The notes beneath the pieces were generated by a model. The model searched no databases and was not told where the DNA came from. It was given only the letters and a program-made list of their open reading frames with translations. A stretch of 64,000 bases of DNA. Origin: Antedon mediterranea (lineage: Eukaryota; Animalia; Echinodermata). A program made the translations under genes and the position numbers. The stretch covers positions 4,030,001-4,094,000 of the forward strand of contig NC_092680.1 of the NCBI RefSeq assembly GCF_964355755.1, in the 5' to 3' direction. The number at the start of each line of letters is the position of its first letter. Positions within the stretch are counted from its first letter, which is position 1. Shown here piece after piece: positions 38,284-52,000 of the stretch.

Positions 38284-38972
38284 GTGTTTCAAATGAAACC
38301 CGATTAATACGCAGAGTGCAGAATAAATTAAGCACCTTCTACCTCATTTGTTTAATTTCACAGGAAAAATCAAATACGTTCAAATGAATAAGGTAAACAG
38401 GCGTAAAATTAAAATAGAATAAGACTCGATTTACACTAAAATTGTTTTGCGCATCCAAGAGTACCAGCACATAAACAAGTTGTTTATTTGGGTTAAATAA
38501 AGAGAAAGGAGCAATCCAGAGAAGGGAAAAATGAACCGGACAATATTAAATACATTGAATTTCTTGAAATAAACTTTATTTTCATCCATCCTAATTATGA
38601 AATACTTTGGATAATGTTCTTACATTAGAAAAGAAACGAATAAAAATAAAACAATAATTCACGTATAAAAAAAGAAAAAGTTGGTTGAATATTTTGTCAT
38701 TACTATTATTCTGTATGTATTTTCGGTTCAATTTTGGTCAAAATAAATAACTATTAGGAGGCCTATGTGAACATTGAATAGGCATACAGGTAGTCTAAGA
38801 AAACATTTTATAAGAATTTTTCTTATAGGGGGACAATAGGCCCATCTTTAAATACAACCTGTGGTGAACGAAATTGTTTCTTATTCCCACAAGGGGTCTT
38901 AAATGACGCCATGGCACTTGGGAGGGTACAACAAGAATTATGCACCGATTACATGTATACACATCTCATCGA

Positions 38973-39440
38973 TAAGATTCAAGATTCAAGAAATTTTATT
39001 TGTCCATAAAAATGGAAATTCACTTTGCTTGGTATATTAAAACAACAATATTGCAACAATTTAAAACGTGCAGTATTATAACAGATTTAAAAATACAAGA
39101 TAAAAAGTTAAAAATACTGTTTAAAAATGTAAAACTATTTAAAAATTGCATTATCGTCTTACATTAGAATTAAAAATATGAATGCTATTTACAACGAAGG
39201 ATTTTCTAGTTCTACAAAGATTTGCTCTTGGAGGTCGTAGCCTAATACCTGATCTATTTAAGTTATAACAGTAATGTAACGGATGAGTGGGGTCTTTCAT
39301 AATATTGTTTACTTTTTTTTAAATACTCATTTCATAAATAAATGAACAAGGCGTTAGATCAGCTTTAATAATACGTTGTGCAATTTTACGTGGTCTCTCA
39401 ATATTTTTTATATTTGATAATTTAATAATAACTGTATTAA
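38973..39440 (-). mobile_element. 3' fragment of a LINE (Rex1/Babar or L2-like)
   Basis: The minus frame encodes IMKDPTHPLHYCYNLNRSGIRLRPPRANLCRTRKSFV; (CTTGAAT)n tail and AATAAA on the minus strand. Confidence 0.7.
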
Positions 39441-40107
39441 ATCGTGATTATTCGACTTTAAATTATTTCGTTTCTGGAAAAGTGTCAAGATAAGTTACGG
39501 TTTATTGTCACATATGATGACCACTTACATTGCACACGCCTACAAATTTTCCTATCTAACATTGACATCTGTTAAATGGTAACAATATACATATTTCTAG
39601 CTATTTTACCTGGTGGTAAAGTATTTAATAAGGTATATTTTTGACCAGCCAATCATGTAACTTGTTATATGGCCTCCGGGGATATTATTAACGTTTATCT
39701 AGGAATGTGACGACTTATCCAAATGTTTGCACGTTCCGGCTCCCTAGTCGAGTGACTTGCATCCCAAAGATTGTGAGAAACTTAAACGGCAATATTCAAT
39801 TACTATTATTTGCCGATGATTCCCCGAGGTAAGTACACGCCGATATCCCGCAGATTCAAATCGTGTCGAAAATCAAACCGACAGAAACAAAAGGTATTTT
39901 GGATTTTGAAGATAAGGATTTTTTTTTCGGATGAACTCTCTTGAGCAGGACATGATATCGCGTTGCCAAACTCTTGGAATTAGAAAAAAGCGTTTTCATT
40001 TTTGAAGATGACAAAGAAATTATCGGTGTAATGTTTCAAATTTAATTTGGCTTTCCAAAAAAATGTTGTATGAATTGATCTTTCTAAGAATATGACGTAC
40101 GTAAGAG

Positions 40108-40438
40108 GATGACGACTACGATGGTGATGACGATGATGACAATGATGATGGCAATGTCATAGTGAATGATGATGATGGTGAATGATCATGATTATGATGA
40201 TGGTGAAAACAACGATCATGATAATGAGAAAGAGGACGTACGATGACAATGATGGTGATGATGATGATGATGACAACGAGGACACGATGATGACAATGAT
40301 GATGATGATGACAACGAGGACGACGACGATGATGACAACGACGATGATGACAATGATGATGATGACAATGATGATGATGACAATGATGATGATGACAATG
40401 ATGGTGATGACAATGATGGTGATGATGATGATGATGAT
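40108..40438. repeat. Degenerate (GAT/GAC)n microsatellite
   Basis: Trinucleotide periodicity is directly visible. Confidence 0.95.
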
Positions 40439-40999
40439 TAACGTTATTTCCGACACACGGTTCTACTATAATACTACTATCAAAATAAGCATTTGCATAC
40501 AATAACAAAAAGAGATTTACGTCTTCAACTGAGTGAAACGTATATTATTACGTCAAAATATAGATTTCTCATAACATTTCACTATTTCCAACAAGAGTTG
40601 GGTTTATAGTTACATTTTCCAAATTAAATCAATAACCAATCTTGCTTAAATTTCATTATTTATGTTCAGAAACATTTGTTGCTAATTATGACGTCACACC
40701 ACTATTTTTTCACTCGCTAACTCTGGAATGCGACCTCTCTAAACAATGGGTTTTTATATAATTTATTTCTCGTGCCATACGCTGAGCAGGGAATTGTCAA
40801 ATTATCTTTAATTTTTGTTGTTGGGACAAAGGAACACAAATAACTGGGTTCAAACCGACCTCCTTAAACGTACCGATGGGTGCCAGAGGATTAAGGTAAG
40901 GCTATTTAGGTATAGCCGAAATCATGGTATGCTAAATGGAACAGACACCAGCCGAATGGACAAAAATATCGTCGAAGTCATTGCCATGGTTAAACTTAA

Positions 41000-41598
41000 A
41001 GCTCAGGTACAGGCATGAAATTTAAATATAAAATTTGGTTAATTGTACATAAATCAAATATTTGTAACAGAAATCAAGATGAAAAAACATGAATTTCTCC
41101 CTTGATATGGTCAAATACAAAATTTGGCAAAATTCTTCCATAAAAACCAGGAAGACTTTTTTTTCAGTAGTTAGGTATAGTTAACCTAATGTAATAACAT
41201 GTCTGGTGACTCCCTAGCAGGTGAAAAAAGATGGTAGATATACGGTGGATAATTTTTGCTATAGCATGAAAATAAAAATCTGAAGTTGAATAAAAATACC
41301 AGAAATGAAATATTCAAGTTATATTACCTATATTTAGTCATCTGATAACATTTTTTACCACACCGTTTATTTTTCATAGCTTTTTAAAATGCCTCTCTAT
41401 TTACAAAATGTGTGTACAAAAGAATAGAGATTTTACTGTGTAATTTGAACTATCCCCCCACTGATAAGAAAGTGCTTATTTTCAACAAGCTCGTGTAACA
41501 CAAAGAAAATCACAAAAATTATGAAACATAGGGGAAATTATAGATCGATGATTATTGGAATGTATGATCAATAGAAATTTTTTGCCCGCACCTGGCCT
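41000..41598. mobile_element. Kolobok-type non-autonomous DNA transposon (partial second copy ~50260-50545)
   Basis: TTAA flanks; imperfect TIR AGCTCAGGTACAGGC / GCCCGCACCTGGCCT; internal sequence recurs near 50.3-50.5 kb. Confidence 0.6.
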
Positions 41599-44255
41599 TT
41601 AAATAGGCCTATATATTCTTTTTTATCTTTTCGGGAAGGGAATCTATACTTGGAATGAATGAAACGGCACTGCTTTTGTTTCATATAATAAATATTGTGA
41701 ATATCTTGATATTTTGACGTACCTCACATTTACAATATATAAGTGTCACATGTAAATGGTGTTAATATGCATATTAATGTTATTTTTTTTTACATCTTGT
41801 ATTACTAATATTAGTTTAAGTTTCCTTGTACTGTAAATAGGTCTATTGTTAAATCATTTATTTTTATCTAACTTTTATTTTACTTACTCTGGACGCACCT
41901 TCATTCAAGAAGTGTGCCACAGTTTCAAAAGTGTAGCTTCCAAATAAATTATTATTATTATTATTAATGACTACTTATTATGAACACGACCTATAGGGTC
42001 TAAGCATTCTAATTGAAAATCGTTTCTTGTTAATGGCCTATTATAAATGTGTATCTTGAATTCCTGTCAGAATGAAATCAGATCCAACCCTGTTAATAAT
42101 AGTTTATATTATGTAATTCCTTGAGTAATGCAATTTATAAACAATTGTCAAACAAACCAATCACAAATAACATAAGCAGAATATTGCTGATAACATGGAC
42201 AAATGACATTTATAAACAATTCAACATGTTTGATTTGTTAATGAGCGTTTTATATTTTCCCACAATGTTTGCAAGATACAGTAACTTAATAATTTAAATT
42301 TAAATTTCTTTTATTTTGGAACAAACGTAAAAACAGAAAACGAAAAAAAAAAATCGCAACCCCTAAGCTTAAATAGGCTATAGGATACTAACAATCCATC
42401 TACAATAATAATTTCTTCCCTGTACATGGCAATTTACCTTGTTCTACCAAATCTATAACTTGAGAAAGAGTACTTATGATCGTCGAGAACGTTTGTGATC
42501 AAATCTGCTGCAACATTTTTGCAAATATAAGTACGTATTTTCCCCACTCTATCAACTTTATTTATATTTTGATTTGATTTCTACCTTATTATCTGGTACA
42601 GCAAAGATCAGAAATCCAAAATATGAAACTTATTACATCTTAGTCATCCTGCCTATCTGATCAGAAATAAGGTCAAAAGACGACAATACTGAGCAATTTG
42701 AAAGATTCCTATAGATTCAAAGTGTACAAGCCAGTGTTATCCATTATTTGTAGTAATCCATAAACCGAAAAAAAAAAAATGCTTTCTTTTCTAAAATGTC
42801 AGGAATTTGAAGATTGTTATTATTATTCTATTTATTCAATTATTGGGCCAATTGCATTATATCGCGTTGGCTTCAACAACAGGTAAAAAGTTATTTTATC
42901 ACAGAGAATTTACAACATTTAAGAATTTACGAGAAGAAATAGGCGTAATACAGATTCAAATTTTTAAAAAGACGTAGCCGTTTGGAAATACTATATTGTT
43001 CTTTTATTGACAGTCGACTAATTCCCAATTATCACATACCACATACATTTTCTATTATTTTCTTAGAATTAGTTAAATCCGTTTAAGCAGGGAGTTGTTA
43101 TTAACTCCCTGGTTTAAGAGTTCTTTACAAAAGTAAAACAATACCAGAATCTAGCATCTGAAAAACAAAACAATGATTTTCTTTAGTGTTTCGTATACAA
43201 TACAAGACACACGATTAACACATTCCACCTGGTCCACTATATAGGCCTATATTACAAGTGATTTAACAATTCGGACATAATCTTAGAACATTTGTTAACA
43301 ATTCTTTTGAATATTTACAGCATATAATAATGTATTGGTTCACACTTTTGAAACAGAAGAACACTCCTTCGAGAAGAGGTCTTTCAATTTAAATTACCGT
43401 TTTACAGAAGCATTATTATTATGACAAAATAAATTCCACCTCCTGTGTTTAAAATAATATATACATTTGAGACCAAACACTATGACATTTGAGGTCACTG
43501 ACCATTGACCCCAACACTGACCGGGAACTGACCGTTCCCCACCCTTCACCCGAGCTCACTTTTGTTGGTAAATGTTGACACCCATACCTACCAGAATCAA
43601 ATGAAATTAGCTTCTTTTAAATTTTTTTCACAGGTTGGCCTTACATTTTGGCATATACTATTAAGGTAAAAGCGAAAAAAACAGTAAAGACAGTGATAAA
43701 GCCGTAAACAGAATAAATAAATAAAATTAAAAACAAAATCAATACAATAGTTTTCATCAATTCAACATCAAACAGAAGGAACGCAGTCTTGTAGAGAGCT
43801 TCCAACATACCAAAGACTATTTTAAGATTTATGATCATTTTATTTTTCATAATTTACAATTCCGCACACCGGATACAAGGCGTGGTGGGCGAAACGGAAA
43901 TAGGGAGAAGAATGACCAAAACAATGCCTCGTAAAATGAACGCGACCAGTTGTTATTTGAGCCTATAATTGCAAATCTAGTAGGAAAATAAATGTAAGAC
44001 GACTGGCAATTATTTTTTCTTTTTATTAGGCGTTAATTTATTGACCCGCGGATTATCATATATTTTTATCATGTCCTGTACAGGAACGGCTACCGTAACA
44101 ATTGGTTTTCACACTCTCCTTTAGGCATTTTATTGCGATTGAAATGCTTTTTTTCAAACTCCATTCTTCTGTATACTACGCCTATATTAATTATACTTTA
44201 AATATACCAGCTTCTGTTCAGGGGATATCGGTGGGGTGGGGTTGTAGCTCTCTAA

Positions 44256-44327
44256 AGGCAGGCATACACAGTCATACATTTTGTCTGTCATACACATCAT
44301 ACAATGTATGACTGTGTATGCCTGCCT
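44256..44327. mobile_element. 72-bp Harbinger-type mini-MITE (perfect hairpin)
   Basis: Perfect 25-bp TIR AGGCAGGCATACACAGTCATACATT with TAA on both sides. Confidence 0.8.
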
Positions 44328-45679
44328 TAAGAGAGTGTGTTGTCTGTCGAAAATTCAATCAATTTTAACTTAATTGTTACAAGTAACAAAATAAAATCGT
44401 AGTTTTTGCCACCTTATAGGATCTATTAGATTTGGATTTTTTATCGGGAACGTTTTTTAGATTTGAATTTTTTATCGGGTACGTTTTAGACGTGAAACAC
44501 AACCGAAATTTTTTTATTTTATTTTATTTTATTCAATTTTCAGGCACAAAAATATTTTTTAAAGAAATAACAAGCACACTGATCCTATGACAAGCCAAAT
44601 CCGCCCAAAAGAGGCCTACTCAATTCAAGCCATTCAATAAAGGCCTACATTGTCTTGTTTTTGCTTCAAATCTTTGTTACAACTCTGAAGAAAGACAATT
44701 GTCTGTCAGCGGGGTACAACGCCATTTAATCCCTTCTGTTTTGTTTTCGGATTTTTTTTTGTTTCGATTCAATTTGATTTCTGAATGAGATCAATCCGAT
44801 TACTTGTGGTACTTAATTTAAACACAATAGATTAAAAAAATCTCTTTCTTCTGTTTCTATATTGTAATATAAATGTAATAATTTTAATACATTAAAATAA
44901 TAAGCTTGCTTGTGGGAAAAAATATTCTTGATGATTAGAATATGGCTTGACCAAAACACCACACTATATTTATCTTAGTTACCAAATGTTCAATTAAGTA
45001 TGACATATTCAATGTATTTTATCAATGCCTCACATTATAAAGTCTTCAGCGACTATATTCAAAGTACTGATATTTTAAACCAAAGAAAAAAGAAACAGTT
45101 TATATAGATTGAATGGAACAATTACTCTTTGCTATCAAATTACTACATTTTAATATGTCAACATAGGGCTGTATTAATCGTTGAAGGTTTGGCAAACACG
45201 AATTGTATACAAAATAACCGACACATTGTAACAAACGAGTATTTGTTTCATTTAAAATAATACATTTGAAAGCTAATTGTGAATATCAAATACAATAAGG
45301 CATCATTTGAGTATTGTACTTAAGTACCATCCCATTTCAAATAACCCAATCAACACAAATATGACAAATGTTTTACTTTGCATGAGCATTTCCTCTTCTA
45401 GTGTTTTTGTATATTTTTTAGGTAATTATGTTGCTCAAATTGTGTAATTATATAGATGCACCATAACGCATGTCTGGCACTGTTAAAAGTGTCGATTACA
45501 ATAATTTATGAACATTTACAACAATAACCGTAATATAACGAAATTATTTGTTTCATAAGGATGCTTATACCGGTGACATACAGTGCTCTACCATTACAAG
45601 ATAGTTTTATTGTCACATTTGAAAGAATAAAAAAGTACAACTACTTTTACTGATGCTAAAACAGTAATAAAATGTATAC

Positions 45680-45910
45680 AGGTAAAGGTGAGTCCCGTGT
45701 TCATTCTGAATGTAGGGGAATAAGCTGTTAGGAGCTCATTGTACTAAGCCTCAGCATTATGTGGTAGGTGGCCAGTTCCTTTCCACGCCGCCTTTAATCC
45801 ATAGCATTTTCAACCATTTACAGCTGAGTGGACTGGGAGTTGTCGGGAATTGAATCCGGGTCTCTCTGTATGACAGTCAAGTGTCCTAACCACTCGGCTA
45901 ACCCAACTCC
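45680..45910 (-). mobile_element. tRNA-derived SINE, apparently full length
   Basis: On the minus strand: A-box TAGCCGAGTGGTTAGG, B-box GGATTCAATTCCC, body CCACTCAGCTGTAAATGG, 3' end CCTTTACCT. Confidence 0.75.
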
Positions 45911-48221
45911 AAATAAAATGTATACAGAGGTTCAAACAAACGAAAAATAATATCATAATAAGTATCATTACACACAGTATAATACAACTGTATTTCTTTG
46001 TTGCAAAGCGTAATCCCAAAAACGTCTTTTACGTCACCGATCTTCGAGCCATGATTGGTCAATAGTTTGTTAAAGTACCAATAATCATTGAACCGTAAAA
46101 TTGGTACTCCAGACGTAACAGAATGAAAGAGCTGTTTGTTTTTTAAGCTATAAACTTGAATTACATAGCTGCGGGACACAGTCGGTGAAAATGTGATGTT
46201 TTTATCAGTCATTTATGCTTGCATCTTTCAGCGATTAATTTTGTAATGGGTTAATTGTTTAAAACATGGAGGTAACCTCCATGTTTTAAAGTAACGACAC
46301 ACTATAAAGTTAAATATCAAATCTGGGGTATAACTTAGCTTAGACATTTCAATCAAGACAAGTTAATGTTTTACAGAATTGAGATCAGTAAATTTAAAAA
46401 AAATAATAATTTGTCTTTGTAATCACAGAGTTTCACCAGACGCGGGAAATAATCGTTTTATAGCCATCGGTATAATGACACATTTTAGGCATACTGTTAC
46501 CGTAATATTTCGTTAATAAAAGTGTTATGTATTCAATAACACAAAACTGTAAAGTGGTACAAAGTGATAGTCATATACTACTACTAGTTAATTTTGAAAA
46601 TTAAATGCTGATAGTGCTAAATACTAACTTTTTAAAGAAATCTCAGTCAATGTGCCGTACAAAAACAAATAAAGACTTTTGTTACACGAAGCAAGAATAT
46701 CCGTTATAAAGTTATTTATAAATGAAGGTGATTACAATTACACCTGTATACAAATGAAGATTTAATTAGCGTAAAGATCAATGAACTTACAATAAAATAC
46801 AATGCCCATTCATTCTATATCGATGAGGTGATATTTGTGTACCATGCGTATTGGGTGATATTTTTTATTAGAAAAAAAGGGGCCGACAGATCAGTACAAG
46901 TTAAAGTTAAAATGAAAGGTTAAAGGCCAGGAAGAATTAGGCCTACTTTACAAATTATTCTACAAACTGAAATAAAATGAGTTTTTATTAGGCATTCGTA
47001 TAAAGGGGAAAACTGGAGTAATAAGTTTACCGTTAAGCAATAGAACTTATTTTGACTATATAAGGCCTAATATTTGTTTCCAGCATTGATTATCGAGGCA
47101 TACAACATTTATTCACCGTGATGATCTATGTTTTCCGGAACACAAGGAGAACGATAACAAAAAAAAGGTGTATAGGCCTACACCTTTTGTAAAAGTGAAG
47201 TTTCTATGCTTCCGTTAGGGGCCTAAACCATTCAACATTAAAACATGGTTTGCATCTACGCATTATGTTTGATATAGTTTGGTTGCTATTTAACTTTCTG
47301 TACAAAAACAAACACTTGTGAGATATCGGAAGTCGATTAAACTTTGTAAATGTTATACGGTTTTCTTTTAACAATAGGCTTATTGAAAACGATAAAGTAA
47401 ATCGCGTTATAAGTGCCTGCAAATATTAACATTGACCTGTGATTAATAGACGCATTTTTTTGTTTGTTTATTCGATTTAAATGACGTCGCAAAAAGATTA
47501 TAGAACTTTTCAAATCAGAAACACGTTTCTTTTTATACTTTTATTTATGTCAAAACAAACATGTTTTTACCTTTTTATGTTTAACAACAAAACATTTATG
47601 AATAAAGAGTTAGGAAGCCCAAACTGATAAGCTGTAAAAAATGTATATTGTGGTTTTGGACAACGTAAAATATACGGTAAAAATAGTACAACGAAACTTT
47701 TACAATCTCTTAACTTTATTGTTCGAAACTGTGGAAGAAAGGAGGGAAGGGACGTTAATCATAAATGCTTTAATTGACTTGTGGTTATACCATGAAGCAG
47801 AGTCTTCGTTGTTCTCTGTATATTGTAATCATATCGATCAATTCGACATGTAGTAGAGAAACGAACGGTTCTTGGAAACGAAAATACTCTTCTGTGCATT
47901 AATAATTAGTAGCTTGGGTTAATGTCCAGATAAAACACTTACTGTAAATCTTATTTAATCCGAACTTTTTGCCTCTTTTGTGCTGATAATCTACGGTCTT
48001 TCTGTTCTTTTCATTGGTGTTTTAGCAAAGGTCACGAGACTTCTTGTACATATTTGATAAACAAATCTGCCTAGGCCTAATAGAAAATAAACAAATGGTG
48101 AAAATCAGTTTGCTTGTGTTTGATATCAAATCAGGATTAATGATTTATTTAAGCTCAGTTAAACACAATTTAATTCGTTAATTGCTCATTTTTTGTAGGG
48201 GTTTGAAGTATTATACGACTC

Positions 48222-48475
48222 AGTTAGTTTTCCGAAATCTAGGCCAAATCTAGATTGCCGAACCACGTTTGCCAAATCTAGTAATTTGCTGAATATCAGT
48301 TTACCGAATCTTTGCTGATCCTTAGTTTTCCGAATCTCAGTTTGCCGAATGTTACTTTGCTGAATCTAAGTTGCCGACTCTGTTAGTTTACCGAATCTAA
48401 TTTACCGACTCAGTAAGTTTGCCAAGTCTATAAAGTGCCGAATCTAGTTTGCCGCATTCAATTTTGCGAGATTCA
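48222..48475. repeat. Degenerate ~18-20 bp tandem repeat (agtttgccgaatct)
   Basis: About a dozen variable copies; resembles subterminal repeats of a DNA transposon. Confidence 0.75.
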
Positions 48476-48923
48476 AAACCAGATACCAGAACAGTAAGAA
48501 ATCCATCAACAAACATTCAGTAACCGCTCAGCATCGAGTTGTTATATTTCCCATCACACAGAAAGCATCGCTGAATGTTAATCGACCATCTTGTTGATAT
48601 ATTGCTCTTTGTACAGACTATAGTTCATGTTTATATTGTTAATATGATCCATGGTTACAAACTATGGAATGTGTATCATCAGTGATAAAATGTAGTTTAG
48701 GCTATTATAAATACAGTGGTACCATTATTTTGTGAGTAATTTACATGGACAACTTTAGTTACAAGTTCATCTACCTGACCAAAAGGTCAAACAAAACACA
48801 CAACCCTTCACCATCAAGGTGAACCTTGGGAATTGTTCACTTTAAAGAAAAAAAGATTGTTCGCAAAGTTAAGCAAATAATTCCAATAATAAAGTTTCAA
48901 GAAGATTATTTATACTCGACAAA

Positions 48924-49074
48924 AGCTCTGTCTACACTGTGAAACTAGTGTGATGTGCTCAAATATGGTAGTGATATGGCTAAAAATATGATAGTGATGA
49001 CATCATCATGTCCATATATATATATATATATCACATTTTGTTGTCACGTAAAGTTTGATAGTGTAGGCAGAGCT
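48924..49074. mobile_element. Harbinger-type MITE (partial relative at ~9340-9445)
   Basis: TIR AGCTCTGTCTACACT / AGTGTAGGCAGAGCT. Confidence 0.7.
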
Positions 49075-52000
49075 TACAACCTTGCAAACAAAAAGACAAC
49101 GTCATAGTTCCTATGCATAAATAAAACGAGAATTTATAATTCACAAAGGAGTACAAAACGGATGTGAATTAGTTTCGAAACAAACCCTCTGCTTTCTCTT
49201 GATACATTTAATTACAATGAAATGAAAAGTCACAACTAACTTCTTCATTAATCATGAATAATATAAAGCATTTGAAGCAATGTTTATCATTGCGACAAGC
49301 ATTGATCACTTCCGTTAAGTTATCTTATCATTCTCATTCCTTGTCTTTCTTTCCCTCTTTTCTACTCCTTACCTTCTTCATTCTCCATTATTCTTTTTAC
49401 TCTGCTTTTCTCTTCCTTTAACACTCACTTGCTATAAATATCCTCATCTACATCTTCAATCTTATCTTTATCAGCTTGGCATCCACGACATTGCATCATC
49501 TTAAATATAAAAAAAAATATCATCATCATTCAAAAAAATATGTTCATTTTGATTGCGCGTTTCCAATTTAAAAAAACGTGATACTTGAAAACACACTACA
49601 GATTCGGCTAGTAAACAATTACAATTTATTGTTTTCTAACGAATTTACCAATAGATGCACTGATTATATTTAAATAACAAAGTATAAAACAGACTCCTGA
49701 ATTTACATAAGTTTATATATTAAAAATATTTTTTTTTTAAGTTGGCAAGAAGTAAAAAAAAAGAATTTCTTCATTGCTTCTTCTGGGAGGTCAAGTATTT
49801 TATGAGTTTTGGAATACATAAACAGTGGCATTTTGAAGGGCAAAAAATGAGATATGAACACATAGGACTGATTAAACTTGTGTGTACTTTGTGATTCTAT
49901 TATTATCGTGTTTGCTATACTACTCTAAATTTACAGTCACCTAGGGGGAGGTTCGGTCAGAACACCTTTACAACAAGGCTACTGGAATTAATCAGAACTG
50001 GGACTTTAACATAAAGAAACGATAAAGCATTATGGATTTCACAGATTATGGTCTATTAACCAGGGGGTTTAAACAACCCTCAATGGGGTGCTCACTTAAT
50101 TGTATACATCCGTGCTGCAACTATGACCTAGGTACAATAATAATTCATCTTCAAAGAGACTTACCGCTTATCGAACCAGATTGAAAATAAATCAATCAAA
50201 TCACAATCATTTGGGTTTTAATATGGCTTATTGATATGCTTGGTTTGAATAAAAACACAAAAATTCAAGTTATTATTATTACCTATTTAGTAATTTGAAA
50301 TTGTTTTTTACCACACTGTTTATTTTTTATAGTTTTTTTTAAATGCCTCTCATAGTATTTACAACATTTGTGTACAAGAGAATAAAATAGGGATTTTACT
50401 GTGTAATTTCAATTCCACCCCCATCCTCACCCTAACTTAGAAGAAAGTGCTTATTGCAATAAAAAATCTCAACAATAATAAACCGGAAATTATAGATCGA
50501 TACTTATTGGAACGTATAATCAATGGAAATGTGTTGCCTGCACCATAAACATTCAAACCGTATCGGAATTAAAAAAGTATTTCAAAAAGTAGAGCAGAGA
50601 AATATCTTTATATTGTTAAATTATTGTTATTATTATAACTTGATGCAGGCTCATAATGACCTTTGGTAAGTCCAGTAACGCCCCACTTGGACAGTTAATA
50701 TGGACTTCTGAAATATAATTAATGAGTAACGTTACAGTGTAAGAAAACCAAAACAATGCGGTTTAAGGAGGAGATAGATAATGTGGTAGCGCCGGAGGAA
50801 GGGGGAGGCGGGTGTTAGCGTGGTGGGAAGGGGAGAATTTCCTTTCACCTATTATTCGTTTCTTTCTTATCCCCTCAATTTCGGCAACTAATTGTTCATT
50901 GTAATTCATAACCTCATTTGACACTTTTTCAAATAACTAACTCCACTTTGACTGAGGAAAACCATGCCTATCTATTATGCGATCCATCACAAAAAAATAA
51001 GTCAGACGCGGATACTACAAGTTTTGGCGCGAAAGAAGGTAGTAGTAACTAATCAATCGGATATTCCATTTCCGATTCATCGAAACACTTTCAATACAGA
51101 TATAAAATAAGTCATTTACTTTGATGAATGACTGTTTATGAAACCATTGTAAATATTTATGTTTTCATAATGAGTGGCAAGTATTAATTGACATATGTCA
51201 TTCGAATGAAAAGGAAATCATGTAATATTTGAAGCCTTATGATTTATGACCTTTTATTACCGTCGTTTAGTTTGATTATAGATTTTGCTTAACGATATAT
51301 AAATCAATGCCGGTCGGGTTATAGGAGACCTCATAATACGGTGTATTGATATACATTGATATACACAGTCGACTCAATGCTATGAATTGTGAGTCAGAAT
51401 AATACAAAAAGATTATTGAACTTAGTAATATCATATATTTAAACATAATAACAATCCAAACGTTTCCTTAACATGGCTTAACAGATCCTGGAATTATAGG
51501 AACATAGTAGTAACATAAGCCTACACTATACATTTAATTTTAAAAGCTAAACAAAAACATAAACGCACAGAATTTACCCCTGGACGTTGAGTAATGATTC
51601 AAAAGCATGTCATTACGAATAAAATTGCCTTTTTTTGTTGTCTACATTATTGTTTATGACGATGTGGTGAAGATGGTAAAAAAAGGATCTGTCAATGTTA
51701 TTTAATATATTACAATGTATTGTACAGTAGGCCTAGTTATCAAATAATGAACCAATAGGCCCTATAGGTATAGGCCTATATATTTAAATATGGAAATATT
51801 AATTTAACCAACATTTAGAGTGTGGACGTCTTCACAAAAAAAGTTGTTGATTTGGTTTGAGCTGGTTACTGGATGAATGGATCGGTACTTGATTGAGACC
51901 TAATTGATATTAAATTATCAGTCATCCCATTGAATACATTATTTCGAGCTTTTTTAATGAATACAGTATGGACAGCAGTATTTGCCTTTCCTATCAAAGT

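Noticed and set aside
40116-40508. Poly-His/Cys ORF suggesting a metal-binding protein
   Set aside because: (GAT)n microsatellite open in several frames, with no supporting gene structure.
45820-45910. tRNA gene
   Set aside because: A and B boxes are present but there is no acceptor stem, and it continues into a SINE body and tail.
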